Shown: one piece after another, positions 1-11,154 of the stretch
How positions within the stretch are numbered: the first letter of the stretch is position 1
Layout of the letters: the number at the start of each line of letters is the position of its first letter
Assembly (NCBI GenBank): GCA_902520725.1
Contig: CABYPB010000005.1
Location: forward strand, 1,612-65,611
Length of the DNA stretch: 64,000 nt
Reading direction: 5' to 3'
Source: an uncultured SAR86 cluster bacterium
GTDB lineage: Bacteria > Pseudomonadota > Gammaproteobacteria > Magnimaribacterales > D2472
Notes under the pieces: generated by a model
Told to the model about the DNA's origin: nothing
What the model saw: the letters and a program-made list of their open reading frames with translations, nothing else
Database searches by the model: none
Made by a program: the position numbers and the translations under genes

Positions 1-91
1 TAGCAAATTGATACAGGAAAGATAATTAATATTATGTATTTTTTTATTATATAAATATAGAATGAATCAATCTTAAAAAAATAATTTAAAT

Positions 92-817
92 ATGACTTAT
101 TGTGTTGGAATGAAAATGAATGACGGCATTGTTATGGTGTCTGATTCGAGAACAAATGCTGGATTAGATAATGTTTCGACATACAAAAAAATGTTTACTT
201 ATTCGGTTGGAGATAGATCAATAATTATTGTTACTTCAGGGAATTTATCAACATCACAACATGTTTTCAAAACCTTAGAAAATGATATTGATTCTTCTAA
301 ATCTACTAACTTAAATTTATGCAAAAACTTTGACGAAATTGCTGAATATGTAGGTCAGGTTTCACTAAATCACTCAAAAACAGATGGGATTTCGATTAAT
401 ACACATCTTGGTTCAAATTTTCTTATAGGTGGTCAAATTAGTGGGCAAGAACCCGCTCTATTAATGGTTTATCCTGTTGGTAATTATATAAATGCCTCTG
501 AAATAAAACCCTTTTTCCAACTTGGTGAAACTAAATACGGAAAACCAATTCTTGATAGACTTATAAGAAATGAAACTTCACTAGGTGATGCAGCCCGATG
601 CGCTTTAGTTTCATTCGATTCAACGATGAAAAGTGATCTTACTGTTGGTCCGCCAATAGATTTAGTGGTTTATAAAAAAGATTCAATCCAGATTTCTCTT
701 GAAGAACATCTTCAATTTAAAACACCATTTTTTTCAGATTTATCAAGCAAATGGTCTGAGGGTCTTAGAAATCTTTTTAAAGAATTGCCTAAGTTTGATT
801 GGGAAAAAGAACAATAA
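92..817 (+). CDS. Proteasome-type Ntn-hydrolase peptidase (Anbu, COG3484 family)
   Basis: N-terminus M-TYCVG...SDSRTNAGLDNVSTYKKM (catalytic Thr1 after Met removal); QLGETKYGKPILDR and SFDSTMKSDLTVGPPIDL motifs typical of Anbu. Confidence 0.9.
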   Translation: MTYCVGMKMNDGIVMVSDSRTNAGLDNVSTYKKMFTYSVGDRSIIIVTSGNLSTSQHVFKTLENDIDSSKSTNLNLCKNFDEIAEYVGQVSLNHSKTDGISINTHLGSNFLIGGQISGQEPALLMVYPVGNYINASEIKPFFQLGETKYGKPILDRLIRNETSLGDAARCALVSFDSTMKSDLTVGPPIDLVVYKKDSIQISLEEHLQFKTPFFSDLSSKWSEGLRNLFKELPKFDWEKEQ

Positions 818-830
818 TTTAGTTAATTTT

Positions 831-2009
831 TTATAATCGCTTAATTATTGTTGCATTGGCAGTTCCGCCACCTTCACATATAGCCTGGAGGCCATAAGAA
901 GATTCTCTTCTCTCCATTTCATGCAAGAGTGTAGTCATAAGCTTTGCACCAGTTGCTCCTAGCGGATGTCCAAGAGCCATTGCGCCGCCATTAACATTAA
1001 GCTTTGATTTATCTGCTTTTAAATCTGCTGCCCAAGCAAGCGGTACAGGTGCAAAAGCTTCATTAACTTCATATAAATCCATATCTTCAATTGACAAGTT
1101 TGCAGCTTCAAGGGCCTTAAAGGAGGCAGGTATTGGACCTGTCAACATAAATACAGGATCATCTCCAACTACAGAAATTGATACAATTTCAGCCCTAGGG
1201 TTAGCTTTAATTTTATTTAAGCCTGCATCATTGCACACCATTACTGCGGCTGCCCCATCAGTTATTTGACTAGCGTTTCCAGCAGTAATTACTCCACCTT
1301 CAGTTACAGTTTTTAGTCCAGCTAATTTTTCTATGCTTGCATCAAACCTAATTCCTTCATCTGCCATTAACAAATCACTCATACCTTCAGCATTTCTTCC
1401 TTCAACTGGCAATATCTCTCTATCAAAATATTTTGATTCAGTTGCATGAGCAGCTTTTTGGTGACTCTCTAATGCAAAATTATCAAGATCTTGACGAGAT
1501 AAATTCCATTTATCAGCTACAAGCTCCGCTCCGGTAAATTGTGAAAAGAATACTCCAGGATATCGTGCTTTCATTCCTTCAGAATCAAATGGCAAACCAT
1601 GTCCTGCGTTATATCCATCTGTAACAGCTGCGCCTATAGGAACCATTGACATAACTTCAACACCTCCACCAATAACTATGTCTTGAGTGCCAGACATAAC
1701 AGCTTGTATAGCAAAATGTATTGCTTGTTGAGAAGAGCCGCATTGCCTATCAACTGAAGTTCCAGGAACTGATATCGGAAAAGAAGATGACAAAACTGCA
1801 TTTCTGGCAATATTACCTGACTGAGCACCAACTTGATCAACACAACCAAAAATAACATCATCTACAAGAGCTGGGTCCATATCCAATCTTGTTACAACCT
1901 CATCTAAAACCTTTGCTCCTAAGTCTGCTGGATGCCATAAACTAAGCCTGCCATCTCTTTTTCCACCAGCAGTTCTAACTGCCTCTACAACATATGCTTT
2001 TTCTGCCAT
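831..2009 (-). CDS. Acetyl-CoA C-acyltransferase (thiolase)
   Basis: DRQCGSS active-site Cys, NEAFA, GHPLGATG and CEGGG motifs. Confidence 0.95.
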   Translation of the reverse strand: MAEKAYVVEAVRTAGGKRDGRLSLWHPADLGAKVLDEVVTRLDMDPALVDDVIFGCVDQVGAQSGNIARNAVLSSSFPISVPGTSVDRQCGSSQQAIHFAIQAVMSGTQDIVIGGGVEVMSMVPIGAAVTDGYNAGHGLPFDSEGMKARYPGVFFSQFTGAELVADKWNLSRQDLDNFALESHQKAAHATESKYFDREILPVEGRNAEGMSDLLMADEGIRFDASIEKLAGLKTVTEGGVITAGNASQITDGAAAVMVCNDAGLNKIKANPRAEIVSISVVGDDPVFMLTGPIPASFKALEAANLSIEDMDLYEVNEAFAPVPLAWAADLKADKSKLNVNGGAMALGHPLGATGAKLMTTLLHEMERRESSYGLQAICEGGGTANATIIKRL

Positions 2010-2060
2010 AAAAAAATCTCAACTAATATTAATTAATAGGGATTATTGTAACAAAAAAAA

Positions 2061-3068
2061 TTATTTTGATTTACTTGCGATGTAAGAAGATCTTATTTCT
2101 TTAACAAGCTTATCTTTAACTTTTGCATTTTCTTTTAGAAATAAACTTGCCTTTGTCTTACCTTGACCGATGGTCTCTCCATCAAGCTTATAAAATGCTC
2201 CAGATTTTTCTACTAATCCAAGTTTATTTCCATAATCTAGTATTTCACCTTCTTGGTTAATTCCAAGGCCATACATTATTTGAAATTCAGCTTGTTTGAA
2301 TGGAGGTGATACCTTGTTTTTTACAACTTTAACTCTTGTCTCATTTCCTGTGACTTCATCTCCTTCTTTTACTGCACCTATTCTTCTTATATCTAGCCTT
2401 ACAGATGAATAGAATTTTAATGCATTACCACCTGTGGTAGTTTCAGGACTTCCAAACATTACGCCAATCTTCATTCTTATTTGATTAATAAAGACAACCG
2501 TTGCACCAGATCTTTGAATATTTCCTGTTATTTTTCTTAGTGCCTGTGACATAAGTCTAGCTTGAAGTCCAACATGATGGTCTCCCATCTCTCCCTCGAT
2601 TTCTGCTCTTGGTACTAGCGCTGCAACTGAATCTATAATCACAAGATCTACACTTTTTGACTTTACTAGCATATCGGCAACCTCAAGCGCTTGTTCTCCA
2701 GTATCGGGTTGTGATAGAAGTAGCTCGTCTACATTAACGCCTAGTTTTTCTGCATATTGAGGATCTAGTGCATGCTCAGCATCAATAAATGCGCATGTAC
2801 CGCCCTCCTTTTGGCATTGAGCAATAATTTGAAGCGTTAATGTTGTTTTACCAGAAGATTCTGGTCCATATATCTCCGTTACTCTTCCTTTTGGTATGCC
2901 GCCTATTCCCAAAGCTATATCCAAACCAAGAGATCCAGTTGAAATGGATGGAATATCAAGATTTTCTCTATCCCCCATACGCATTACAGTGCCTTTACCG
3001 AAATGGTTATCTATATCTGCAAGCGTATCCTTTAATGACTTTGAACTAGTATCTTTTGATTTAGGCAT
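2061..3068 (-). CDS. recA: Recombinase RecA
   Basis: GPESSGKTT Walker [26 protein letters not shown] at 3075-3079. Confidence 0.99.
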   Translation of the reverse strand: MPKSKDTSSKSLKDTLADIDNHFGKGTVMRMGDRENLDIPSISTGSLGLDIALGIGGIPKGRVTEIYGPESSGKTTLTLQIIAQCQKEGGTCAFIDAEHALDPQYAEKLGVNVDELLLSQPDTGEQALEVADMLVKSKSVDLVIIDSVAALVPRAEIEGEMGDHHVGLQARLMSQALRKITGNIQRSGATVVFINQIRMKIGVMFGSPETTTGGNALKFYSSVRLDIRRIGAVKEGDEVTGNETRVKVVKNKVSPPFKQAEFQIMYGLGINQEGEILDYGNKLGLVEKSGAFYKLDGETIGQGKTKASLFLKENAKVKDKLVKEIRSSYIASKSK

Positions 3069-3084
3069 AATTGACTCCTTAAAT

Positions 3085-3104
3085 TACTGTATATTTATAC
3101 AGTA
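3085..3104. promoter_or_regulatory. LexA operator (SOS box) upstream of recA, overlapping a TATACT -10 element (minus strand, 3101-3106)
   Basis: TA-CTGT-ATATTTAT-ACAG-TA matches the gammaproteobacterial CTGT-N8-ACAG consensus, just upstream of the recA RBS. Confidence 0.9.
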
Positions 3105-3185
3105 TAAAACATATTTTGATTTTTTTAAACAGTTTTGTGTAAATTTAAATTTTAGTAGGTTAAAATCTCATTTTCTTAATCAATT

Positions 3186-3791
3186 ATGACATACGTAGTT
3201 ACAGAATCATGTATAAAATGTAAATACACGGACTGTGTTGAGGTTTGTCCTGTCGATTGCTTTTATGAGGGTCCTGAGTTTCTAGTAATACATCCTGATG
3301 AGTGTATTGATTGTGGTCTCTGTGAACCAGAATGCCCTATTGATGCAATTTATGCAGATGATGAATTACCAAATAATCAGATCGAATTTATTGAAATCAA
3401 TGCAAAACTAGCAGATGTATATGAAAATATCACTGAAGCTAAAGAACCTCTTCCTGATGCAGACAACTTCAAAGATATTGAAGGCAAAAAAAAGTTCTTA
3501 AATATTGGAATTAGTAATGAAGATGCTGATGAATATATTAAAGAAAATCTAAATACAATCTTGCTATACGATAATGGTGAAATAGTAATCAATAATTCAA
3601 GATTCAAAATTGATGAGCTCTCAAGAACAGATAATATAATATTTGAAAATACTCTTTTAAATAACTTGAATAAGGAAGATCTTGTATGTCTTAACGTTGA
3701 AGGTAAGGCATATCATGAGTGGGCAATGAAAATTATGGAATTTCTTCAAAAGAACGAGTTTATTGATGTCCAAATCAAAACTTTGAAATAA
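3186..3791 (+). CDS. fdxA: 7Fe ([3Fe-4S]/[4Fe-4S]) ferredoxin FdxA with a C-terminal ExbD/TolR-like extension of about 80 aa
   Basis: aa 1-107 [29 protein letters not shown]...[12 protein letters not shown] is Azotobacter-type ferredoxin I; aa ~124-201 resemble the ExbD periplasmic domain by eye. Confidence 0.9.
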   Translation: MTYVVTESCIKCKYTDCVEVCPVDCFYEGPEFLVIHPDECIDCGLCEPECPIDAIYADDELPNNQIEFIEINAKLADVYENITEAKEPLPDADNFKDIEGKKKFLNIGISNEDADEYIKENLNTILLYDNGEIVINNSRFKIDELSRTDNIIFENTLLNNLNKEDLVCLNVEGKAYHEWAMKIMEFLQKNEFIDVQIKTLK

Positions 3792-4502
3792 TTAAAAAGA
3801 GTTTGGTAAAAAGCTACTTATTCCAGACGTAAAAATTAGCCCGCCAAAAAAAACTAATATTGATTTTCCATATTTTTGATATGCTTTATTGATAAATCTT
3901 GGCATTATTGTAACTGCTAGTAACATTCCAATTCCGAAAGGAAATAAAACTTCTAGATTAAAATTAGAAATACTTCCTATTATTAATGGGTAGGCTCCAA
4001 CAGACAATAAGAATGCACTTCCTGATATCCCAGGAAAAAGTAAGAATGAGCATGCCACAAAACCGAATACAAGCAGTGTGAATGGATGTGGATCTTGGGA
4101 GGGATATCCTGAAATGTAAAATCCACTTAAAGATAAACCTATAAAAATTGCTAAAAATAAATTCAAATAAAAACTTTTTCCTTTACTAATATTTTCTTTT
4201 AAATATGTATTTATTACTAAATAAATTCCATATCCAATCATAAGAAGTGATATTAGTAAATTAAATAAATTAGTGAAATTTTCATATAAGAAATTGATTA
4301 ATGAAGAGAATACAAATACGCTTAATAACATTCCGAATAAGAGAGGAATTATTAAATTTAACTCTTTAAATTTACTTAAGAAGGTTAATATTTTTTCATA
4401 TACACCAAACATTAATGCAACAGTAGCACCAGAGATGCCAGGTAATAATTCAGACAAGCCAATAAAAATACCTGCAATAAAATATTTAATTTTCTCTTTC
4501 AT
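3792..4502 (-). CDS. DUF368 family membrane protein (putative undecaprenyl-phosphate translocase, PopT-like)
   Basis: Repeated PGISG motif (ELLPGISGATVA; LFPGISGSAFLL); highly hydrophobic. Confidence 0.85.
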   Translation of the reverse strand: MKEKIKYFIAGIFIGLSELLPGISGATVALMFGVYEKILTFLSKFKELNLIIPLLFGMLLSVFVFSSLINFLYENFTNLFNLLISLLMIGYGIYLVINTYLKENISKGKSFYLNLFLAIFIGLSLSGFYISGYPSQDPHPFTLLVFGFVACSFLLFPGISGSAFLLSVGAYPLIIGSISNFNLEVLFPFGIGMLLAVTIMPRFINKAYQKYGKSILVFFGGLIFTSGISSFLPNSF

Positions 4503-5179
4503 ACATCATTACCGTCATCTGATTTACCAGCCAACATCGGAACAAAAGAAACTTCATCATGATAGCTTTCTTCAATCTCATCATTTTCACATTTTTTTAT
4601 AACATTCAATTTTTGAGATGTTCCTCCAACTGGCAATACTAACTTAGCATCATTTTTCATAATTGAAACTAAGTCCCTGGGATATTCTCTAGGAGAAGCT
4701 GCACATAAAATTCCATCATATTTAACTGAACTATCCCAATCTTGATATCCATCGCCAAATTTGAATGTCACATTATTGATATTTAATTTAGCTATATTGT
4801 CCCTTGATTTTTGAACTAGCGGTTTGATTCTTTCAATTGCATCAACTTTTTCACTAAAAAAAGATAAAACTGCTGATTGGTATCCACACCCAGAGCCAAT
4901 CTCTAAAACTCTCTCAAAAATTTTTCCTCTTGAATTCGTATGTGAAATTAAAAGCTCTGTCATTTTTGCAACAATATATGGCTGAGAAATAGTTTGTTTA
5001 TAACCAATAGTCAAAGATCTATTTTCATATGCTCTTGACCATAGCGCTTCATCAAGAAAAATATGTCTTGGTACTTGAGATATGGCATCAAGAACCCTGA
5101 AATCTTTTATACCAAGATCTAAGAGATTTTCAATAAGCTCCTCTCTTACACGTCTGAAAGTGAAACCTGAATTACTCAT
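4499..5179 (-). CDS. pcm: Protein-L-isoaspartate O-methyltransferase
   Basis: QTISQPYIVA and VLEIGSGCGYQSA motifs; follows surE. Confidence 0.95.
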   Translation of the reverse strand: MSNSGFTFRRVREELIENLLDLGIKDFRVLDAISQVPRHIFLDEALWSRAYENRSLTIGYKQTISQPYIVAKMTELLISHTNSRGKIFERVLEIGSGCGYQSAVLSFFSEKVDAIERIKPLVQKSRDNIAKLNINNVTFKFGDGYQDWDSSVKYDGILCAASPREYPRDLVSIMKNDAKLVLPVGGTSQKLNVIKKCENDEIEESYHDEVSFVPMLAGKSDDGNDV

Positions 5180-5930
5180 TAATTAGTTCAGTTACTTTAT
5201 GAATAAAATTTTGTGAATTAAGGCTGTAATCAAGTACTGAAAAAGAGACATATCCATTCTTAATTGCTTCTGCATCGGTAACAAAAGAATTTTCTTTAAT
5301 AGGTTCACCCGAAAGGTTGTATCTATACTTATATGTATTAGTTTTTGTAGATTCAGTCTCTAATTTTATTGGTCTTGATGGAATATCTCTTCTTGATATA
5401 CCAGTAGCTTTAATTCCCTTATATTCATCTTCAGCAATGTCAGGAAAATTTATATTAATTACCTTACCTTTAAAGGTGTTTTCAGATTTTACTATTCGAT
5501 CAATGATTTCTGAGGACTTATTAGAAATAAAATCTATGTCTTTTGCATCGTAAGAAGCTACAGATATAGCTATTGGGGGGTATTTTAAATTTCTTCCACC
5601 TACGGCAGCTCCAACGGTTCCTGAATACAGCACATCATTTCCAATATTTGCACCATGATTTATGCCAGATACAACAATATCGAACTCAAAGTCTACAATA
5701 CTTAGAAGACCTAAATATGAGCAATCTGCTGGAGTGCCATCAACAGCATAAATCTTTTCATCTATTTTAAAAACTTCAATTTCATTTAAATATGAAATAG
5801 CTGCGCTCATTCCACTACAATTATTTTTAGGCGCAACTATCCAAACATCATGATTTTGAGAAAGCTTTTTGTAGAGACTTTTTATATTTACCGCATCATA
5901 GCCATCATCATTAGTTAATAAAATTTTCAT
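5172..5930 (-). CDS. surE: 5'/3'-nucleotidase SurE
   Basis: ILLTNDDG, GTPADC and SGINHGANIG..VLYSGTV motifs. Confidence 0.97.
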   Translation of the reverse strand: MKILLTNDDGYDAVNIKSLYKKLSQNHDVWIVAPKNNCSGMSAAISYLNEIEVFKIDEKIYAVDGTPADCSYLGLLSIVDFEFDIVVSGINHGANIGNDVLYSGTVGAAVGGRNLKYPPIAISVASYDAKDIDFISNKSSEIIDRIVKSENTFKGKVININFPDIAEDEYKGIKATGISRRDIPSRPIKLETESTKTNTYKYRYNLSGEPIKENSFVTDAEAIKNGYVSFSVLDYSLNSQNFIHKVTELINE

Positions 5931-7054
5931 TTTTTATCTCTCAAATTTACAATACTTTGAACAGCAATTGCCTGATTCTTTCCAATAATACCTATTTTTT
6001 CAGAGGTAGTAGCCTTTAAACCTATTTTATTAACTGGTATTTTTAATAGTGAAGATAGACTCTTCAAGATATTGTCTCTATGAGGATTAATTTTAGGTTC
6101 TTCGCAAATAATTGTGGCATCAATATTATAAATCTCAAGGTTCAATTCGTTTAATTTTTCAAGGCAAAACCTAATAATTTCTGAACTGTCCAAGTTTTTA
6201 TTTTTATCATCTTGATCTGAAAAATACTTACCAATATCTCCAAGACCTGAAGCGCCTAAAATAGAATCAGCTATAGAATGCAGTAATACATCTCCATCTG
6301 AATGAGCTATTATTTTATATCTACAATTAATATTAAATCCTCCCAATATCATTCCAGAACCATCTTCATATTTGTGAAGATCGAAACCAATTCCTGATCT
6401 TGTAGAAAATTTATTTAAAATTTCTAAGTCTTCGGGTTCAGTTATCTTAATGTTTGATCTTCTTCCTTGAATTCTAGAAGTCTTTAAATTTGCATATTCG
6501 ATTGCAAAAGACTCATCTGGAGATTCTATATTGTCATCGATACATTTCTTTAAAGATAATTTTAGATCGTTAAGTCTTGATATTTGCGGTGTTTGAACAA
6601 GGTGAAATTTATTTTTATCTTCAGTTTGGATTTGTTTTATTGAATCATATACTGGGGTATATAGATAAGAGCAGCTTGCACCAGATTCGTTAATATCTCT
6701 CAATAAATTTAAAATATCATCCTCAATTACATTTGGACGAGCTGCATCATGAGTCAAAACATATTCATATTCATTGTTAACATGTATAAGAGCATTAAAT
6801 ATAGAATTCTGTCTGGTCTCCCCACCAAATACAAATTCGATCTTTTCTGAATTATAAAAATCTTGATTTTTTATTTCTAGGTCATCTTTTGAAATTGCAA
6901 GTATTACTTTTGATACATTTTCTGAATCAATGAAAGGTCTTACAGATCTTTCAATGACTGTCTTACCATTTATTTTACTATATTGTTTAGGAATATTACT
7001 TCCAAATCTTTTACCAACTCCTGCAGCAGCAATAATTACTAATAAATTATTCAT
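5927..7054 (-). CDS. ispDF: Bifunctional IspD/IspF (MEP cytidylyltransferase fused to MEcPP synthase)
   Basis: IspD motifs AAGVGKRFG..PKQY, HDAARP, QTPQ, NIKIT, then in-frame IspF motifs GIGFDLH, HSDGDVLLH, DIGKYF, KATTSE; start moved from 7102 to ATG 7054, which overlaps the ftsB stop. Confidence 0.92.
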   Translation of the reverse strand: MNNLLVIIAAAGVGKRFGSNIPKQYSKINGKTVIERSVRPFIDSENVSKVILAISKDDLEIKNQDFYNSEKIEFVFGGETRQNSIFNALIHVNNEYEYVLTHDAARPNVIEDDILNLLRDINESGASCSYLYTPVYDSIKQIQTEDKNKFHLVQTPQISRLNDLKLSLKKCIDDNIESPDESFAIEYANLKTSRIQGRRSNIKITEPEDLEILNKFSTRSGIGFDLHKYEDGSGMILGGFNINCRYKIIAHSDGDVLLHSIADSILGASGLGDIGKYFSDQDDKNKNLDSSEIIRFCLEKLNELNLEIYNIDATIICEEPKINPHRDNILKSLSSLLKIPVNKIGLKATTSEKIGIIGKNQAIAVQSIVNLRDKK

Positions 7055-7355
7055 CTTCATCATCCTTGGTGCTTTCTTCCTTAAAATAGATAAATTCTTC
7101 ATCTTGATATGTGAGATTTAATTTTTCTCTTGCAAAATTCTCAATGTGATCATTTGAATTTTGAGAATTTTTAATTTCAAATTCTAAAATTTTATTTTGT
7201 CGCTTTAATTCTTCATTCTTCATTTCTTGAATTGTATTGTCTTCAATCAGTTCAGCTCTCTTTGCATAGCTATTTTCTCCAAAAAAAATACTTTTAGATA
7301 GAAAAATGATGGTCAATATTGCTAGAAATATAAGTGAATAATAAAGCTTGTTCAT
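7047..7355 (-). CDS. ftsB: Cell division protein FtsB (septum formation initiator)
   Basis: N-terminal TM helix, coiled coil, IENFAREKLNL motif; located between eno and ispD. Confidence 0.85.
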   Translation of the reverse strand: MNKLYYSLIFLAILTIIFLSKSIFFGENSYAKRAELIEDNTIQEMKNEELKRQNKILEFEIKNSQNSNDHIENFAREKLNLTYQDEEFIYFKEESTKDDEDE

Positions 7356-8626
7356 TTAAGCAAAATATTATCGCTTTCTTCCTCGATCCACAGTAACCTA
7401 TTGTATTTTGCAACCCTATCGGACCTACAAGGAGCTCCCGTTTTAATTTGTCCTATTCCTAAGCCTACTGCGAGATCTGCAATGGTTGTATCTTCGGTCT
7501 CGCCAGAGCGATGTGAAATAATTGATTTGAAATTATTTTGATTTGCAAAATATATAGTTTCAATTGTCTCAGTTATTGAACCAACTTGATTAAATTTAAT
7601 TAATATCGAATTAGCCATTTCTTTACTGATGCCATCTTTCAGAATTTTTTTGTTTGTAACGAATAAATCATCTCCGACAAGCTGGCAGCTTGATCCCAAC
7701 TTTTCTGTAAGCAATCTCCACCCCTCAGTATCATTTTCGTCCATACCATCCTCAATAGATACAATGGGGTAATCGTTTGTTAAATCATGAAGATAATCTA
7801 CAAATTCTGAAGATGTAAGCTTTTTATTTTCTCCTGATAAAACATATTCTTTGCCGTTAAAAAACTCACTTGCAGCGCAGTCAAGAGCAATGTTTACATC
7901 TTTACCAGGAATTAATCCAGTCTCTTTTATGGCGTCAACAATTAATTTTAATGCCTCTTTATTTGATTCTAAATTTGGAGCAAAACCACCCTCATCACCA
8001 ACTGATGTAGCGTGACTATTTTTTAGAAGTATTTTTTTCAGGTTATGATAAATTTCTGTAGCCCATTGCATTACCTCAACGAAATTTTTTGCGCCACTAG
8101 GAATTATCATAAATTCTTGTATGTCTATATTGTTGTCAGCATGCTCTCCGCCATTAAGAATATTAAACATAGGCAATGGCATAGAGTGAACTGCATGATC
8201 ATCAGTAATATCTTTGTACACTCTTGAGAAATGTTCATATAAAGAAATTTTGTTAGCTTTTGCTGCGACATGGGCAACCGAAAGAGAAACAGCTAAGATT
8301 GCATTTGCTCCAACTTTAGATTTATCTTCAGTGTCATCAAACGATATTAATAAATCATCGATTTCTTTTTGATTATTTGGATCTTTTCCAATTACTAGGG
8401 GCGCCAGTGTTTCATTAATATTATTAACCGCCATCATTACGCTTTTACCATCATAAGAAATATCATTGTCACGAAGTTCAAGCGCCTCTTTTGAACCAGT
8501 AGATGCTCCACTTGGGACCATAGCTGACGCTGAAGTTCCATCTTCAAGAAATACCTTACAAGAGATGGTAGGCACACCTCTTGAATCAAATACTTGGATG
8601 GCATTTATTGAAGATATTTTGTGCAT
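7352..8626 (-). CDS. eno: Enolase
   Basis: DSRG, VPSGASTG, GDEGGFAP, SHRSGETED and RSDRVAKYN motifs. Confidence 0.99.
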   Translation of the reverse strand: MHKISSINAIQVFDSRGVPTISCKVFLEDGTSASAMVPSGASTGSKEALELRDNDISYDGKSVMMAVNNINETLAPLVIGKDPNNQKEIDDLLISFDDTEDKSKVGANAILAVSLSVAHVAAKANKISLYEHFSRVYKDITDDHAVHSMPLPMFNILNGGEHADNNIDIQEFMIIPSGAKNFVEVMQWATEIYHNLKKILLKNSHATSVGDEGGFAPNLESNKEALKLIVDAIKETGLIPGKDVNIALDCAASEFFNGKEYVLSGENKKLTSSEFVDYLHDLTNDYPIVSIEDGMDENDTEGWRLLTEKLGSSCQLVGDDLFVTNKKILKDGISKEMANSILIKFNQVGSITETIETIYFANQNNFKSIISHRSGETEDTTIADLAVGLGIGQIKTGAPCRSDRVAKYNRLLWIEEESDNILLK

Positions 8627-8629
8627 CTT

Positions 8630-9460
8630 TTAGGTAATTTCAAGGTCTTTTTGATTTTTCACAAATTGATCTAGTTCTTTTATTTGTTTCAAAAATTCTT
8701 CCAAGACTGATAAAGGAAGTGCACATGGCCCATCACATTTAGCTTCATCTGGATTAGGATGAGCCTCTAAAAATAATCCAGCAATTGATTGTGATATTCC
8801 AGCTTTAGCTAAACTTAAAACAAATTCTCTTCTACCACCAGTTGCACTACCCAAACCACCAGGCAGTTGAAGTGAATGAGTAACATCAAATATTACAGGT
8901 TTGTTCATTTTTTTTAGAATTTGAAAATTTAATGTATCAACGACTAAATTATTATAGCCAAATGAATTTCCTCTCTCACACAATGTGATTTTATCATTAC
9001 CAGCAGATGAACATTTCTCAACAATATTACTCATCTCGGGTGCAGATAAAAATTGAGGTTTTTTAAATTGTATTATTGAATCTGTTTTTGCAGCGGCGCT
9101 AACAAGATCGGTCTGTCTGGCAAGAAAGGCTGGAATTTGAATTACCTCACATATCTCACTTACAGTTTTTGCTTGATTGGGCTCATGAATATCTGTTATC
9201 ACTGGAACATCAAAATTTATAGAAATCTCTTCAAGAATTTTTAAGCCTTCATCCATTCCTGGACCTCTATAAGAGTTGATTGAACTCCTGTTAGCTTTAT
9301 CAAAAGATCCTTTGAAAATATAATTTATGTTTAATTTCTGACTTATTTCTTTGAACTGTTCTGCAACTTGCATAGCCAAGTCTCTAGATTCTAAAACATT
9401 CATTCCACCCATTAAAGCCATAGGGTCTTTGTTATCAATATTGAAGTTCCTTAATTTCAT
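8630..9460 (-). CDS. kdsA: KDO8P synthase
   Basis: [29 protein letters not shown]; start refined to ATG 9460 just after the pyrG stop. Confidence 0.97.
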   Translation of the reverse strand: MKLRNFNIDNKDPMALMGGMNVLESRDLAMQVAEQFKEISQKLNINYIFKGSFDKANRSSINSYRGPGMDEGLKILEEISINFDVPVITDIHEPNQAKTVSEICEVIQIPAFLARQTDLVSAAAKTDSIIQFKKPQFLSAPEMSNIVEKCSSAGNDKITLCERGNSFGYNNLVVDTLNFQILKKMNKPVIFDVTHSLQLPGGLGSATGGRREFVLSLAKAGISQSIAGLFLEAHPNPDEAKCDGPCALPLSVLEEFLKQIKELDQFVKNQKDLEIT

Positions 9461-9461
9461 T

Positions 9462-11142
<1,681 letters not shown>

Positions 11143-11154
11143 ACAATATTATTT

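Noticed and set aside
3155..3178. Possible Fur box upstream of fdxA (AATGAGATT half-site on the minus strand)
   Set aside because: Only half of the 19-bp consensus matches, in AT-rich DNA
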